Source: Parcubacteria bacterium C7867-008
GTDB taxonomy: Bacteria > Patescibacteriota > Minisyncoccia > Phycocordibacterales > Phycocordibacteraceae
Length of the DNA stretch: 64,000 nt
Assembly: GCA_001189215.1 (NCBI GenBank)
Contig: LFCR01000004.1
Coordinates: 95,391-159,390, forward strand
Direction: 5' to 3'
Position numbers and translations under genes: made by a program. Each line of letters begins with the position of its first letter. The first letter of the stretch is position 1. Shown here piece by piece: positions 48,541-59,008 of this stretch. Under the pieces are notes generated by a model. It had not been told where the DNA came from. It made no database searches and was given only the letters and a program-made list of their open reading frames with translations.

Positions 48541-49209
48541 ATGAATGTACAGCTTGAAGAGACTTGGAAGAGTAAGTTAGAGGGCGAGTTTAAGAAGACT
48601 TATTTTAAGGAGCTCACAAGCTTTGTGAAAGAAGAGTATGCAAACGCTACGACATACCCAGCTCCAAAGAATATATTCCGTGCATTTGAATTAACTCCAT
48701 TTAATAAGGTTAGGGTAGTGATACTTGGACAAGATCCATACCACGGACCCAAACAAGCAATTGGTCTCTCGTTTGCGGTAACAGAAGGTATACGTAATCC
48801 ACCGTCGCTACAGAATATCTTTAAAGAGTTGCAGGGTGATCTTGATGCACCACTTGTACATACAGACGGTGATCTATCTCGTTGGGCAGAACAAGGTGTT
48901 CTACTTCTTAATGCAACACTGACCGTACGCGCAGCATCAGCAGGCTCCCATCAGGGTAAAGGGTGGGAACAGTTTACCGATGCAGTGATTAAGAAACTAT
49001 CGGATGAACGAGAGCATCTGGTATTTATTCTGTGGGGTAACTATGCACGTACTAAAGGTGCACACATAGATCGAACCAAACACTTGGTTATAGAATCGGC
49101 ACACCCGTCTCCATTTTCAGCAACGAATGGATTCTTTGGTTCAAAGCCATTTAGTAAGACAAATGAATATCTAACAGAGCACAGTGAGACACCTATCGAT
49201 TGGCTCTAG
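48541..49209 (+). CDS. ung: Uracil-DNA glycosylase
   Basis: GQDPYH, GVLLLN, HPSPFS. Confidence 0.97.
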   Translation: MNVQLEETWKSKLEGEFKKTYFKELTSFVKEEYANATTYPAPKNIFRAFELTPFNKVRVVILGQDPYHGPKQAIGLSFAVTEGIRNPPSLQNIFKELQGDLDAPLVHTDGDLSRWAEQGVLLLNATLTVRAASAGSHQGKGWEQFTDAVIKKLSDEREHLVFILWGNYARTKGAHIDRTKHLVIESAHPSPFSATNGFFGSKPFSKTNEYLTEHSETPIDWL

Positions 49210-51192
49210 CTACCAGATCTTGGCGCGCTTAAAAGGTTCTCGATATAATTTGTCTCCTTTCTTAACGTTGTAGACGTTATAAAAGGTCTCAATATTAGAT
49301 GCCACTCCATTAATACGATTTGGTCCTGGGGCATGGGGATCAGTGAGTACCATCATTTTCTCAAACTCAGGACGTGTGTTCTCTCGTTCAAATAGTGCAA
49401 ACCCCATGAAGAAACGTTGCTCTGGTGTATAACCAGCGATATCTTTACGACCGGTGCGTGCGAGCTGAAGCTTATATGCATCGAGTGCAATAGAGAGACC
49501 ACCGAGATCCGCAATATTCTCGCCAAGGGTAAGCTTTCCGTTTACCCGTACACCATCAGCGACGGTATATTCATCAAACTGCTTACGCACGATCTCCGCC
49601 TTCTTCATAAAACGTTTCCTGTCTTCGGGTGTCCACCAACTCTTGAGATTACCTTTCGCATCATACTTAGATCCTTCGTCGTCAAAGCCATGCGTAATTT
49701 CATGACCTATAGTCATTCCTATACAGCCGTAGTTAATACCATCGTCACCATGTTCATCAAAGAATGGTGGCTGGAGAATTGCTGCAGGGAAGGCAATATC
49801 ATTCAGTGTTGGGGCAAAGTATGCATTTACCGTTTGTGGGTACATATGCCATTCAGCACGATCCACAGGCTTAGTGAGTTTTTTTACCTCGCGACGATGC
49901 TCAAATGCACTCGCACGTAGCAGGTTGCCGACATAGTCGTTTGGGGTTATCACCAGACCAGCGTAGGACTTCCACTTATCTGGGTACCCAATCTTTCGAT
50001 TAAATGCAGCAAGTTTATGTAATGCTTTTTTCTTGGTTGCAGAACTCATCCAATCAAGAGCCTTGAGACGCGCTTCGTACGCTGTAAACAAGTCATCAAT
50101 TATCAGATTCATTTTCTTTTTTGCACTTTCGGGAAAATGCTTCTGAACATAGATCTTTCCAAGCTGTTCTCCCAGGTTAGCGTTAACACTTCCAAGAATA
50201 CGGCGCCAAAGAGGCTTCATCTTTTTCGTACCACTAAGTACCTTTCCATAGAAAGAAAAAGACTGAGCAATAAATCGTGATGAAAGAGCTCCAGACATAC
50301 CATTTACTAAATGCCATTCAAGGTATGTTTTCCAATCTTCAATAGAAACAGTATCGAACATTGAAGAGAGACCTGTGAAGAACTCGGGTGTCGTTACGAT
50401 AACGTCACGAACAGGATCAAGGTTGTTGTGCGCTAAGTAATAATTCCAATCAATATTGGGCCCAAGTGTTCTGAGTGCCTTTAGAGACTTTTTGTTATAG
50501 GTGAGATCCGGATCACGCAGATCCTCCTTCTTCATGGAGATCCTTGCGAGTTGCGTTTCAATCCTAAGCAATGTTTCCGTGTCCTTTTCTGACTCTGCAG
50601 TAGATCGTCCGATCATTTTGAATACTTTCGCTACATGAATTCGATATTCCGTACGAACACGGAGTGATTCAGGATCGTTCTTAAGGTAGTAGTCCCGCTC
50701 TGGCATACCTAAGCCACCCTGACCGACATACAACGCATACCGATCACTATTCTTAGCGTCCTGATCGATTCCAATATCCCAGATACCCGCCACACCGATC
50801 TTATCTAGTTTTGCGAGAACTATTTGTAGATCCTTCTTGTTCTGTATCGATTCGATCATTCTTTGGAATGGTTCAACCGGCTTGATATCAAGTGCGTTCC
50901 TGCGCTTCATATCCATTCCAGAACGATAGAAGTCTCTGATCAGTTGCTCTGGACTTCCTTTCTTCACGCTCTTCTTTACCTCAAGTTCCTGGAGGATCGT
51001 GTACAGCTGCTTATCTGTTTTGTATCTCAAGGCAACAAAAGCACCCCATCGTGATTCACTTGCGGGGATTTTATTTGTGCGTACCCACCCTCCATTTACA
51101 TGCTGATAGAAGTCATCTTGAGGTCGCGTTTCAAGATCCATCGTCTTTGGAGTGAATTCAGCAAGGGGAGATCTTTTCTTTTGTGATGCCAT
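49210..51192 (-). CDS. M13 family metallopeptidase (PepO-like)
   Basis: PQTVNAY, HEITHGFDD, GENIAD, TDPHAP. Confidence 0.95.
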   Translation of the reverse strand: MASQKKRSPLAEFTPKTMDLETRPQDDFYQHVNGGWVRTNKIPASESRWGAFVALRYKTDKQLYTILQELEVKKSVKKGSPEQLIRDFYRSGMDMKRRNALDIKPVEPFQRMIESIQNKKDLQIVLAKLDKIGVAGIWDIGIDQDAKNSDRYALYVGQGGLGMPERDYYLKNDPESLRVRTEYRIHVAKVFKMIGRSTAESEKDTETLLRIETQLARISMKKEDLRDPDLTYNKKSLKALRTLGPNIDWNYYLAHNNLDPVRDVIVTTPEFFTGLSSMFDTVSIEDWKTYLEWHLVNGMSGALSSRFIAQSFSFYGKVLSGTKKMKPLWRRILGSVNANLGEQLGKIYVQKHFPESAKKKMNLIIDDLFTAYEARLKALDWMSSATKKKALHKLAAFNRKIGYPDKWKSYAGLVITPNDYVGNLLRASAFEHRREVKKLTKPVDRAEWHMYPQTVNAYFAPTLNDIAFPAAILQPPFFDEHGDDGINYGCIGMTIGHEITHGFDDEGSKYDAKGNLKSWWTPEDRKRFMKKAEIVRKQFDEYTVADGVRVNGKLTLGENIADLGGLSIALDAYKLQLARTGRKDIAGYTPEQRFFMGFALFERENTRPEFEKMMVLTDPHAPGPNRINGVASNIETFYNVYNVKKGDKLYREPFKRAKIW

Positions 51193-51257
51193 TGCAACAA
51201 GTATACCCAGGTATATTGGTTCTTTCCATGAGAACCTAATATGGTATCTTCATCTCT

Positions 51258-53177
51258 ATGACCGTCTCAGACGTACGTAAACGATTCCTAGAGTTCTATA
51301 AGGCACGCGGCCATGTGATTATTCCGTCGGCGCCGATTGTTCCGGGCAATGATCCAACCACTCTGTTTACCTCTTCCGGTATGCAGCCACTAGTGCCATA
51401 CCTCCTTGGCAAAGACCACCCTGAAGGTACTCGTATCGTTAACTCGCAGATGAGCTTCCGTGCTGGAGATATTGAAGAAGTGGGGGACAATCGGCACACC
51501 ACCTTCTTTGAGATGCTTGGTAACTGGTCTCTCGGAGACTATTTCAAGAAAGAGCAGCTTCCATGGGTATTTGAATTTCTAACCAGTAAGGAAGAAGGGC
51601 TTGGCCTTGATCCAGAGAAACTCTATGTAACGGTATTCGGGGGAGATGATGAAGCCAACATGCCAGAAGATACAGAAGCTGTTGAGCTTTGGAAGGGACT
51701 GTTTGCAGATAAAGGTATCACCGCAGAGTTTGCTAACTTAGGAACTGAGGAAGAAGGGTATGAGCGTGGCATGCACGGTACTGAACGTATCTTTGCGTAT
51801 GGTGCCAAGAAGAACTGGTGGAGCCGTGCAGGAGTACCGAGCAACATGCCTGCAGGGGAACCTGGTGGTCCAGACTCCGAGGTCTTTTATGACTTCGGTC
51901 TTCCACATGATGAGAAGTGGGGTGCACACTGCCATCCAAACTGCGACTGTGGTCGGTTTGTTGAGATTGGTAACTCAGTCTTCATGCAGTTCATTAAGAA
52001 CGAAGATGGTTCATTCTCTAATCTTCCAAAGCAAAACGTAGACTTCGGTGGTGGTCTTGAACGGCTTACCTTTGCTACCATCGGTATTCCAGATGCATTT
52101 CTTATCGATGTCTTCGATGCAGCACGAGAGGTGCTTGAATCGCGTACCGGAGTGAAGTATGGGGCTGATGAAACATCAACCAAATCATTCCGTATAATCC
52201 TTGACCACATGCGCGCAGCAGCATTCATGCTTGCTGAGGGAGTAACCCCATCAAATACCGAAGCAGGGTACGTACTTCGTCGTCTGATTCGCCGTGCACT
52301 ACGCGAAGCAGACCGTTTGAATATTCAGGAGCCTGTGCTTGCAGATGTTGCCCAGGGATACGGTAAGGCATATGCAGACCACTATCCCCATGTGCTTGAG
52401 CGTTCAGAAACTATCCAAGAAGAACTCGCTAAAGAAGAGGAACAGTTCCGTACGACGCTCAAGAATGGTCTTAAGGAGTTTGAGAAACTCACTGCAAAGG
52501 GAACTATTGAACCAGAAGATGCGTTCACTCTTTTCACTACCTATGGCTTCCCAGTTGAGATGACCGAAGAACTCGCTAATGAACGGGAGCTTGAACTCGA
52601 CCTCACTGCCGTAATGAAGCTCATGGAGCAACATCAGGAGACATCACGCGCAGGCGGTGCACAGCGCTTTGCAGGTGGCCTCGCAGATCATGCAGAACAA
52701 ACGGTCCGCTACCACACCACCCATCACATCCTTCTTGCTGCACTGCAAAAAGTTCTAGGTCCTGATGTGAAGCAGCGCGGTTCTAACATCACCTCAGAAC
52801 GTCTTCGTATAGACTTCTCAGCTCCTGCAAAGATGACCGACGAACAAAAAGCTGAAGTAGAACGCATTGTGAACGAAGTGGTGTATCAGGATCTGCCGGT
52901 GAGTCGTACAGTCATGCCGAAGACAGAAGCTGAACAGCTTGGTGCCCAGATGGAATTCGGGGTGAAATACCCAGACATGGTGTCGGTGTATTCCGTTGGT
53001 CCGATTCATGCGACTCCTGAGAATCCAGACATCCCAAATGCATTCTCTCTAGAATTCTGTGGAGGTCCTCACGTATCAAACACTAAAGAGATTCACGATG
53101 GCGATAAGAAGTTCAAGATTCAGAAAGAAGAAGCGGTAGCAGCTGGTGTTCGTCGTATCAAAGCGGTGCTCGTATAG
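51258..53177 (+). CDS. alaS: Alanine--tRNA ligase (short form lacking C-Ala)
   Basis: SGMQPL, HTTFFEMLGNWS, HTTHH, EFCGGPHV, GVRRIKA. Confidence 0.95.
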   Translation: MTVSDVRKRFLEFYKARGHVIIPSAPIVPGNDPTTLFTSSGMQPLVPYLLGKDHPEGTRIVNSQMSFRAGDIEEVGDNRHTTFFEMLGNWSLGDYFKKEQLPWVFEFLTSKEEGLGLDPEKLYVTVFGGDDEANMPEDTEAVELWKGLFADKGITAEFANLGTEEEGYERGMHGTERIFAYGAKKNWWSRAGVPSNMPAGEPGGPDSEVFYDFGLPHDEKWGAHCHPNCDCGRFVEIGNSVFMQFIKNEDGSFSNLPKQNVDFGGGLERLTFATIGIPDAFLIDVFDAAREVLESRTGVKYGADETSTKSFRIILDHMRAAAFMLAEGVTPSNTEAGYVLRRLIRRALREADRLNIQEPVLADVAQGYGKAYADHYPHVLERSETIQEELAKEEEQFRTTLKNGLKEFEKLTAKGTIEPEDAFTLFTTYGFPVEMTEELANERELELDLTAVMKLMEQHQETSRAGGAQRFAGGLADHAEQTVRYHTTHHILLAALQKVLGPDVKQRGSNITSERLRIDFSAPAKMTDEQKAEVERIVNEVVYQDLPVSRTVMPKTEAEQLGAQMEFGVKYPDMVSVYSVGPIHATPENPDIPNAFSLEFCGGPHVSNTKEIHDGDKKFKIQKEEAVAAGVRRIKAVLV

Positions 53178-53183
53178 GTAGAC

Positions 53184-53936
53184 ATGAGCACCGAAGAGCC
53201 GAGTCGGAAACTATCTCAGTCTTTGCCTGAATTCCTATTCCGATCGGCAGAAGGTTTATCTGTCGATGCAGAAGTGCTTACTGATGTACCCGTACACATA
53301 TTTTCAGCTGAGATGCAGACATATATAGAAAAGAAATGGGAAACATTTCTAACTGCACACCCAGAACTATTTGATGGTCCGTTACTTCGTGTACTTAGCG
53401 CATCCAAAACTCCTACCGGTATTAGACTTTCAACCACATCAGACATTACCTATAAACAGGTAATTGGCGTTCGTAGTCGAGGCAGTGAGGACGCTGTGCC
53501 CGAAGAATCCTTTCAAGTAGTGAGTATGATTCTCATACCACGTACTATTGATGGTGTATTTATATTAAGAGAACGAACGTCAGGAGACTGGGAACACTCG
53601 CTAGAACTTCCGGGTGGATTTATAAAGCCCGCTGAAGTACTAGCACTAGATGGTAATCTCAACGCAATAGCTCAACGCATTGCAGCAAAAGAGGTGCAAG
53701 AAGGAACTTTTTATCCAGAATCAATTTCATTACTTGGTGCACTTAATTACACTGCGATAAATGAATTGATGCTTGTCTTTGATGTGCCACTTAATATTGA
53801 ATTTGCAGAATATCAGTCACTCTGCGCAGAAGCTCATGGCGTTCAAGCGCCCAACCTCGCACTGTCTGGAGCAATACCATTACATATTCCTACGAAGGTC
53901 GTATTACATGCATATCTGCAGCACGTAGTTGTATAA
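53184..53936 (+). CDS. Nudix-like hypothetical protein
   Basis: LFDGP, ELPGGFI, AAKEVQE. Confidence 0.55.
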   Translation: MSTEEPSRKLSQSLPEFLFRSAEGLSVDAEVLTDVPVHIFSAEMQTYIEKKWETFLTAHPELFDGPLLRVLSASKTPTGIRLSTTSDITYKQVIGVRSRGSEDAVPEESFQVVSMILIPRTIDGVFILRERTSGDWEHSLELPGGFIKPAEVLALDGNLNAIAQRIAAKEVQEGTFYPESISLLGALNYTAINELMLVFDVPLNIEFAEYQSLCAEAHGVQAPNLALSGAIPLHIPTKVVLHAYLQHVVV

Positions 53937-53990
53937 AAATAAACCGCCCGGAGAAGCGGATTCAACTCCGGGCTTCTTAGGCGGTTTCGT

Positions 53991-54275
53991 CTACATGGAC
54001 ACAAATGTCACAATGAGGGAGAGGACCGTGATACCGGCACACACCCTCCACGCGTACCTTGCGATACCTGCAGCGCTGAACGCACGGTCTGTGCGAGCAT
54101 GTACAGCCCTGCTTTGCTCACTGTGGCGAAAAAATACTTCGGCCACAGCTTCTTCATCAAAGTAATATCTTCCAGCTCTCATGAGCAAGAAGAACCCCAA
54201 CAACCAGATCAGCACCGTGAGCACGAGCCCACCGATGAAAATCCAGAGACTGATCTCATGGATGACAAGCTGCAT
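53991..54275 (-). CDS. Small 2-TM protein (stand-alone cassette)
   Basis: TTGACA promoter at about 54341, SD GAGGA, long terminator hairpin. Confidence 0.6.
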   Translation of the reverse strand: MQLVIHEISLWIFIGGLVLTVLIWLLGFFLLMRAGRYYFDEEAVAEVFFRHSEQSRAVHARTDRAFSAAGIARYAWRVCAGITVLSLIVTFVSM

Positions 54276-54406
54276 CGATTAAATCCTCAAATGCGGTGGA
54301 ACGTTCGTAAATATAATACTTTAAAATATACTTGTTGTCAATAATTATGCAGTTATTAATTGTTGCAGATCTTCAATGTTAATTACTGCTTGCTATACTT
54401 CTAGTA

Positions 54407-55729
54407 ATGGGTCTTTTTAGTAGCAAGAAACGATCAACACAAATAATGATCGACGTCGGTTCATCGTCAGTAGGCGGTGCGTATGTCTATTACGAAACCG
54501 GTCAGCTACCCGTCATCTACTACAGCACGCGCATAAATATGGAAGCGCGTCCAAATGAGACACATGAAGAGCTCATGTTACGTACTCTTGAAGAGGTAAC
54601 AGATCGCCTTGTAAAAGAAGGTGCACCGGATGTACGTAGAGAAGTAGGTCATGCGCATGCAGACGGCATATTAATTTCAATTGCGGCACCGTGGCAGGAG
54701 ACCCGCGTACGTACCGAAACTATTCAGTCAGTGCGTCCTTTTCTATTCACCAAGAAACTCCTGAACGAAACCGTGCGTAAAAGTGCGAACGTCCCAGAGG
54801 GATGGATTGATTCTGGAGACTCGGTTATCGCAACCATTCTTAATGGGTACGAGATACCGAATCCATTTGGTAAGCAGGTGAAACGTGCAGAGCTGGTTAT
54901 TCTTTCTTCAACACTCCTCAAGGAAGTGATGACGAGTATCGAGAAAGTGATGCGTAAGGCATTTCATAGCCATGAGGTTACCTTCACGGGATTTGCACCA
55001 ATGTGGTATCGAATCTTCCGTGAGCTCTATCAGCATGAGAAGGACTATCTCATCCTTGATATACGAGGTGCCCGTAGTGATCTCGCCTTTATACAGCGAG
55101 GCCTTCTGCGTGACGTGGGATCTATCCCTCATGGCACCCGCGCACTCCTTTCTATAGGTCAGGCAGCCTCTGATCTCATTCCAGCCGCTGTTATCCCGCA
55201 AGGTAGTGGTTTGGGAGCAAGCTATCTCAATCGTAGTCGTAACGTGCAGTTCGGTGCTCGTGTACAAGAAGCAGAAGAAGAGTGGATTGAATGCCTTGCA
55301 ACACTTCTAAAGGAATTCGCAGGTAGACAAGCATTGCCTCGTACTATGTTCTTGCTTGCAGATGATGATGTGCGTGGATTCCTGGTACGTGCACTTGATA
55401 CTCCCACCATTCACACCATGTGGCTCTCTGATGAACCGCTTCGTATTGTTCCGGTAACACCCGCACAGTTCACTCCCTATGTACGAACATTCGGTACGAA
55501 CGCCGCAGACATCTTTATAGACCTCCTTGCGCTCTATCACACCAAGAGCACGCCTGCGATTGAAAATGAGCCTGATATTCTTCCGCCACCCGTGAAGTTA
55601 ACGAAGCAACAAAAGAAAGCACTCAAGGAACAAGAGAAGGAGGCAGCTAAAGCAGCACGTCCAACCGTTGGTGATATGGTCTCATCAGCACCGATTGATG
55701 GAGAAGGAGAGCCAGATTTCAGCATGTAG
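54407..55729 (+). CDS. Actin-like fold protein (FtsA/PilM-like)
   Basis: MIDVGSSSVG, ILDIRGARSD, IPHG. Confidence 0.6.
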   Translation: MGLFSSKKRSTQIMIDVGSSSVGGAYVYYETGQLPVIYYSTRINMEARPNETHEELMLRTLEEVTDRLVKEGAPDVRREVGHAHADGILISIAAPWQETRVRTETIQSVRPFLFTKKLLNETVRKSANVPEGWIDSGDSVIATILNGYEIPNPFGKQVKRAELVILSSTLLKEVMTSIEKVMRKAFHSHEVTFTGFAPMWYRIFRELYQHEKDYLILDIRGARSDLAFIQRGLLRDVGSIPHGTRALLSIGQAASDLIPAAVIPQGSGLGASYLNRSRNVQFGARVQEAEEEWIECLATLLKEFAGRQALPRTMFLLADDDVRGFLVRALDTPTIHTMWLSDEPLRIVPVTPAQFTPYVRTFGTNAADIFIDLLALYHTKSTPAIENEPDILPPPVKLTKQQKKALKEQEKEAAKAARPTVGDMVSSAPIDGEGEPDFSM

Positions 55730-55829
55730 GCTTGCCCACAGGGGTGGTCGCATCCGGGATTAGGAGGAGTATACTTACGGGGTACTTATTGGCAGGGCGC
55801 TTATCCTGGTTTTTGCATATATCTATCTT

Positions 55830-57077
55830 ATGAACCGCACGTTGAACGACATCATTCCACCATCACGCCGCCGCACTCTTGAAGAGGATGGCTCTGGTGC
55901 ACCTCCTGCCATGCCCCCACGCCCGCTCTCGGATCGTCCGAGCAAGCCACCGCGTTCTCCTCGTTCAGGTCGTGGATTCCCGTACGGTACTGCACTAATC
56001 GCACTTATTGTTATTGCCGGCGCTGTTGCTGCACTGATGTACTTCTCTGGTGCAAAGGTTGAAGTTACCCCTGAAACAAAATCAGCAACGGTCACTGCAG
56101 ACTTCACCGCTACCGCGGGTAGTGGTGATCTACCATACGAACTTGTGACCGTTGAAAAGACTGCAAGCCAGACAGTCCCTGCAGAAAGCAGTGAGAATGT
56201 TAATGATCCTGCTAGTGGCAAGATCACCATTACTAATGCTCAGGCAGCCCCTCAGACCCTCATCAAAAACACTCGCTTCCAGACTCCAGACGGTCTCATA
56301 TTCCGTATTCATGACTCTGTATCGATTCCAGCAGGAGGCAGCATTGTCACCATGGTATATGCGGACGTGGGCGGCGCTAACTACAACATTCCCGCTACCA
56401 CCTTCACCGTTCCTGGTCTTAAAGGATCCAAAGCATTCGATCAGGTGACCGCAAAGTCTACCGAAGCAATGGTAGGGGGCTTCTCAGGCACCCGTGCAAG
56501 CGTAAGTCAGGGTACTCGTGATGCACAGAATGCAACAAACCAGGCATCACTTGAAAAGACCCTTTCTGCGGACATTGTAAGCAAGGTGCCCGCAGGATAT
56601 GTGCTTATTCCAGGAGCAACCTTCGTAACCTACGTTCCACAACCGGACACTGAGGCTGAAACTGGGAAGGTAAACGTCAACCAAAAGGGGACTATGACCG
56701 CGGTAGTATTCCCCGGTGAAGCACTTGGTAAGGCAATTGCGTACAAGGTTATCGGTGCATACAACGGCGAGACCGTAACTCTTCCAGATGTAACTGCTCT
56801 CAAGCTTCTTCCGGCTCTAAATATTGCTCCCGTAAGTGGCGAAACCACCTTTACCTTCAATCTTACCGGTACTACTAATGTGGTTTGGAAGATCGATACC
56901 GCTAAGATAGCGGGTGCGGTGGCAGGTAAAACTCGTGATTCTGCTCAGGTAATTCTTCAAGGATTTCCCGAGGTAAGCAAGGCAAGTCTCGTTCTCCGAC
57001 CCTTCTGGGCAAGCACCTTCCCTCAGGATCCTGAGAAAATCAACGTTACGGTCGTAGAATCGAAGGTGGCTGAGTAA
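55830..57077 (+). CDS. Membrane-anchored baseplate-J-like hypothetical protein
   Basis: DIIPP, TM, ASGKITITN, TRFQTPDGLIF, GANYNI, MVGGFSG. Confidence 0.6.
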   Translation: MNRTLNDIIPPSRRRTLEEDGSGAPPAMPPRPLSDRPSKPPRSPRSGRGFPYGTALIALIVIAGAVAALMYFSGAKVEVTPETKSATVTADFTATAGSGDLPYELVTVEKTASQTVPAESSENVNDPASGKITITNAQAAPQTLIKNTRFQTPDGLIFRIHDSVSIPAGGSIVTMVYADVGGANYNIPATTFTVPGLKGSKAFDQVTAKSTEAMVGGFSGTRASVSQGTRDAQNATNQASLEKTLSADIVSKVPAGYVLIPGATFVTYVPQPDTEAETGKVNVNQKGTMTAVVFPGEALGKAIAYKVIGAYNGETVTLPDVTALKLLPALNIAPVSGETTFTFNLTGTTNVVWKIDTAKIAGAVAGKTRDSAQVILQGFPEVSKASLVLRPFWASTFPQDPEKINVTVVESKVAE

Positions 57078-57127
57078 ATAGCCAGTTGACGGCTTAACTA
57101 AGGCTTGGTACGATAGCAGAGCTTCAC

Positions 57128-57343
57128 ATGGAGGAGGTCAAAGTAGAAGGAACAACGGGTACCGTTGAAGAGGTGCTCCCGAATTCTTTGTTCCGTGTCC
57201 GCATGCCCTCCGGTGAGTTGTTGCTCGCCTACCTTGCAGGAAAGATGCGTTTGCATCGAATCCGCGTATTGGTAGGGGACAAGGTCGAACTCGTCCTTGA
57301 TCCCTACGGCGGGCGCGCTCGCGTTGTGAGGCGCTTGTCGTAA
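57128..57343 (+). CDS. infA: Translation initiation factor IF-1
   Basis: [30 protein letters not shown]. Confidence 0.95.
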   Translation: MEEVKVEGTTGTVEEVLPNSLFRVRMPSGELLLAYLAGKMRLHRIRVLVGDKVELVLDPYGGRARVVRRLS

Positions 57344-57351
57344 TACCAAAC

Positions 57352-57468
57352 ATGAAAGTACGCGCATCTATCAAGGTTCAGCAGCCGGGGGACATTATTG
57401 TCCGCCGTCGTGGACGCTTGTACCGTATCAACAAGCGCAATCCACGTCGCAAGGCACGTCAGGGCTAA
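57352..57468 (+). CDS. rpmJ: 50S ribosomal protein L36 (Cys-free form); not in the ORF track
   Basis: [38 protein letters not shown]. Confidence 0.93.
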   Translation: MKVRASIKVQQPGDIIVRRRGRLYRINKRNPRRKARQG

Positions 57469-57496
57469 TTTATATACATTCCTAAACCTTATTCGC

Positions 57497-57877
57497 ATGC
57501 GTATCTCTGGTGTCACCCTTCCTGATAACAAGCAGCTCTCTTATGCGCTGCCACTTATCTATGGCATTGGCCCAACCCGCGCTAAGGAAATCCTTACGCA
57601 GGCAAAGGTAGCATTCACGAAGAAAGGTTCAGAGCTTACTGCAGACGAAGAGCAGACCATCCGTACCCTTGCTGAGGCGTACACCATTGAAGGTGAACTC
57701 AAGCGTGAGATTGGTCAGAACATCAAGCGTCTTAAGGATATCCGTTCTCAGCGTGGTATCCGCCATGAGCGCCGTCTTCCCGTTCGTGCACAGCGCACCA
57801 AGACGAACTCACGTACCGTACGTGGCAATACTCGTAAGACTATGGGTTCTGGTCGCCGTACGCTCGAGAAGACTTAA
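57497..57877 (+). CDS. rpsM: 30S ribosomal protein S13
   Basis: RISGV, IYGIG, LPVRAQRTKTNSRT. Confidence 0.96.
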   Translation: MRISGVTLPDNKQLSYALPLIYGIGPTRAKEILTQAKVAFTKKGSELTADEEQTIRTLAEAYTIEGELKREIGQNIKRLKDIRSQRGIRHERRLPVRAQRTKTNSRTVRGNTRKTMGSGRRTLEKT

Positions 57878-57903
57878 TCCTGGCTGCATACACTTAATTA
57901 CCT

Positions 57904-58338
57904 ATGGGAAAGAAACGAATCATCAAGAAGAGTGGCCGCGGTCTCGATCAGGGACGTAAGGAGCGTGCCCTTTCAAAGGCATCAAAGCGTCGCCTCGAGA
58001 AGGGGGTACTTCACGTTGAAGCTACCTTCAACAACACCAAAGCCGTCCTTACCGACGACAAAGGTAATGCGATCATGTCTTCTTCTGCTGGTGCACTTGG
58101 TTTCTCTGGAGCTCGTAAGTCCACACCATATGCGGCTGCTAAGGTTGGTGAGCTTCTCGGTGAGAAGGCAAGTCTCATTGGTCTTAAAGAAGCATCCGTT
58201 ATCATTCGCGGTGTTGGTGCCGGTCGTGAGTCTGCACTTCGTGCATTCTCTGGAAAGGGGATTCAGATCCGCTCTATCCAGGACAAGACTCCGGTTCCTC
58301 ATAACGGACCACGTCCTAAGAAGGCGCGTCGCGTATAG
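57904..58338 (+). CDS. rpsK: 30S ribosomal protein S11
   Basis: ATFNNT, RKSTPYAA, DKTPVPHNG. Confidence 0.97.
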   Translation: MGKKRIIKKSGRGLDQGRKERALSKASKRRLEKGVLHVEATFNNTKAVLTDDKGNAIMSSSAGALGFSGARKSTPYAAAKVGELLGEKASLIGLKEASVIIRGVGAGRESALRAFSGKGIQIRSIQDKTPVPHNGPRPKKARRV

Positions 58339-58360
58339 TCAATTATTTATTTGAATCCGT

Positions 58361-58969
58361 ATGAAAGTAGGACCTAAGTACAAGATCGCAAAGCGCCTCG
58401 GAGCTTCTGTTTTTGAGAAGACCCAGACGCAGAAATTCGCACTCGCTCAGGAGCGTGCTTCAAAGACACGCAAGCGTGGCCGTGGCCCTACCGAATATGG
58501 TAAGCAGCTTCTTGAGAAACAGAAGGTTCGTATGACCTATGGTCTTCCCGAGCGCCAGTTCGGACGCTACGTCCGCGAAGCTATGGAAACCCATGGTGCA
58601 AACCCTGCTGACACCCTCCACACTACTCTTGAGATGCGTCTCGATAACGTTATATACCGCCTCGGCCTTGCGCCGACGCGCCGTGCAGCTCGTCAGATGG
58701 TGTCTCATGGACACATTACGATCAATGGTCGTAAGACCACCATTCCGTCTCGTGCCGTTCATATCGGCGAGACCATTGGTGTTCGTGAGGGCAGCAAGAC
58801 CCGTGTTCTATTCGAGAACTTTGGTGATAAGTTCGCAGAGCGCACGCTCTCGAGCTGGCTCACCTGGAACCCGAAGTCTATGGAAGGCGGTGTGCAGCAG
58901 GTGCCAACGACAGAGTCTGCCGACGCGGCAGGTGATCTCGTTGCAGTGCTCTCGTTCTACAGCCGCTAG
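58361..58969 (+). CDS. rpsD: 30S ribosomal protein S4
   Basis: [33 protein letters not shown]. Confidence 0.97.
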   Translation: MKVGPKYKIAKRLGASVFEKTQTQKFALAQERASKTRKRGRGPTEYGKQLLEKQKVRMTYGLPERQFGRYVREAMETHGANPADTLHTTLEMRLDNVIYRLGLAPTRRAARQMVSHGHITINGRKTTIPSRAVHIGETIGVREGSKTRVLFENFGDKFAERTLSSWLTWNPKSMEGGVQQVPTTESADAAGDLVAVLSFYSR

Positions 58970-59008
58970 TTTTTATTAATCTACTACTAGGTAACTACTG
59001 ATTGAGTT

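Noticed and set aside
51258-53177. alaS, priA and holB as pseudogenes
   Set aside because: Frames are intact; shortened forms fit genome streamlining
55830-57077. Prophage, suggested by the baseplate-J-like gene
   Set aside because: No other phage genes; it sits in the housekeeping backbone next to infA
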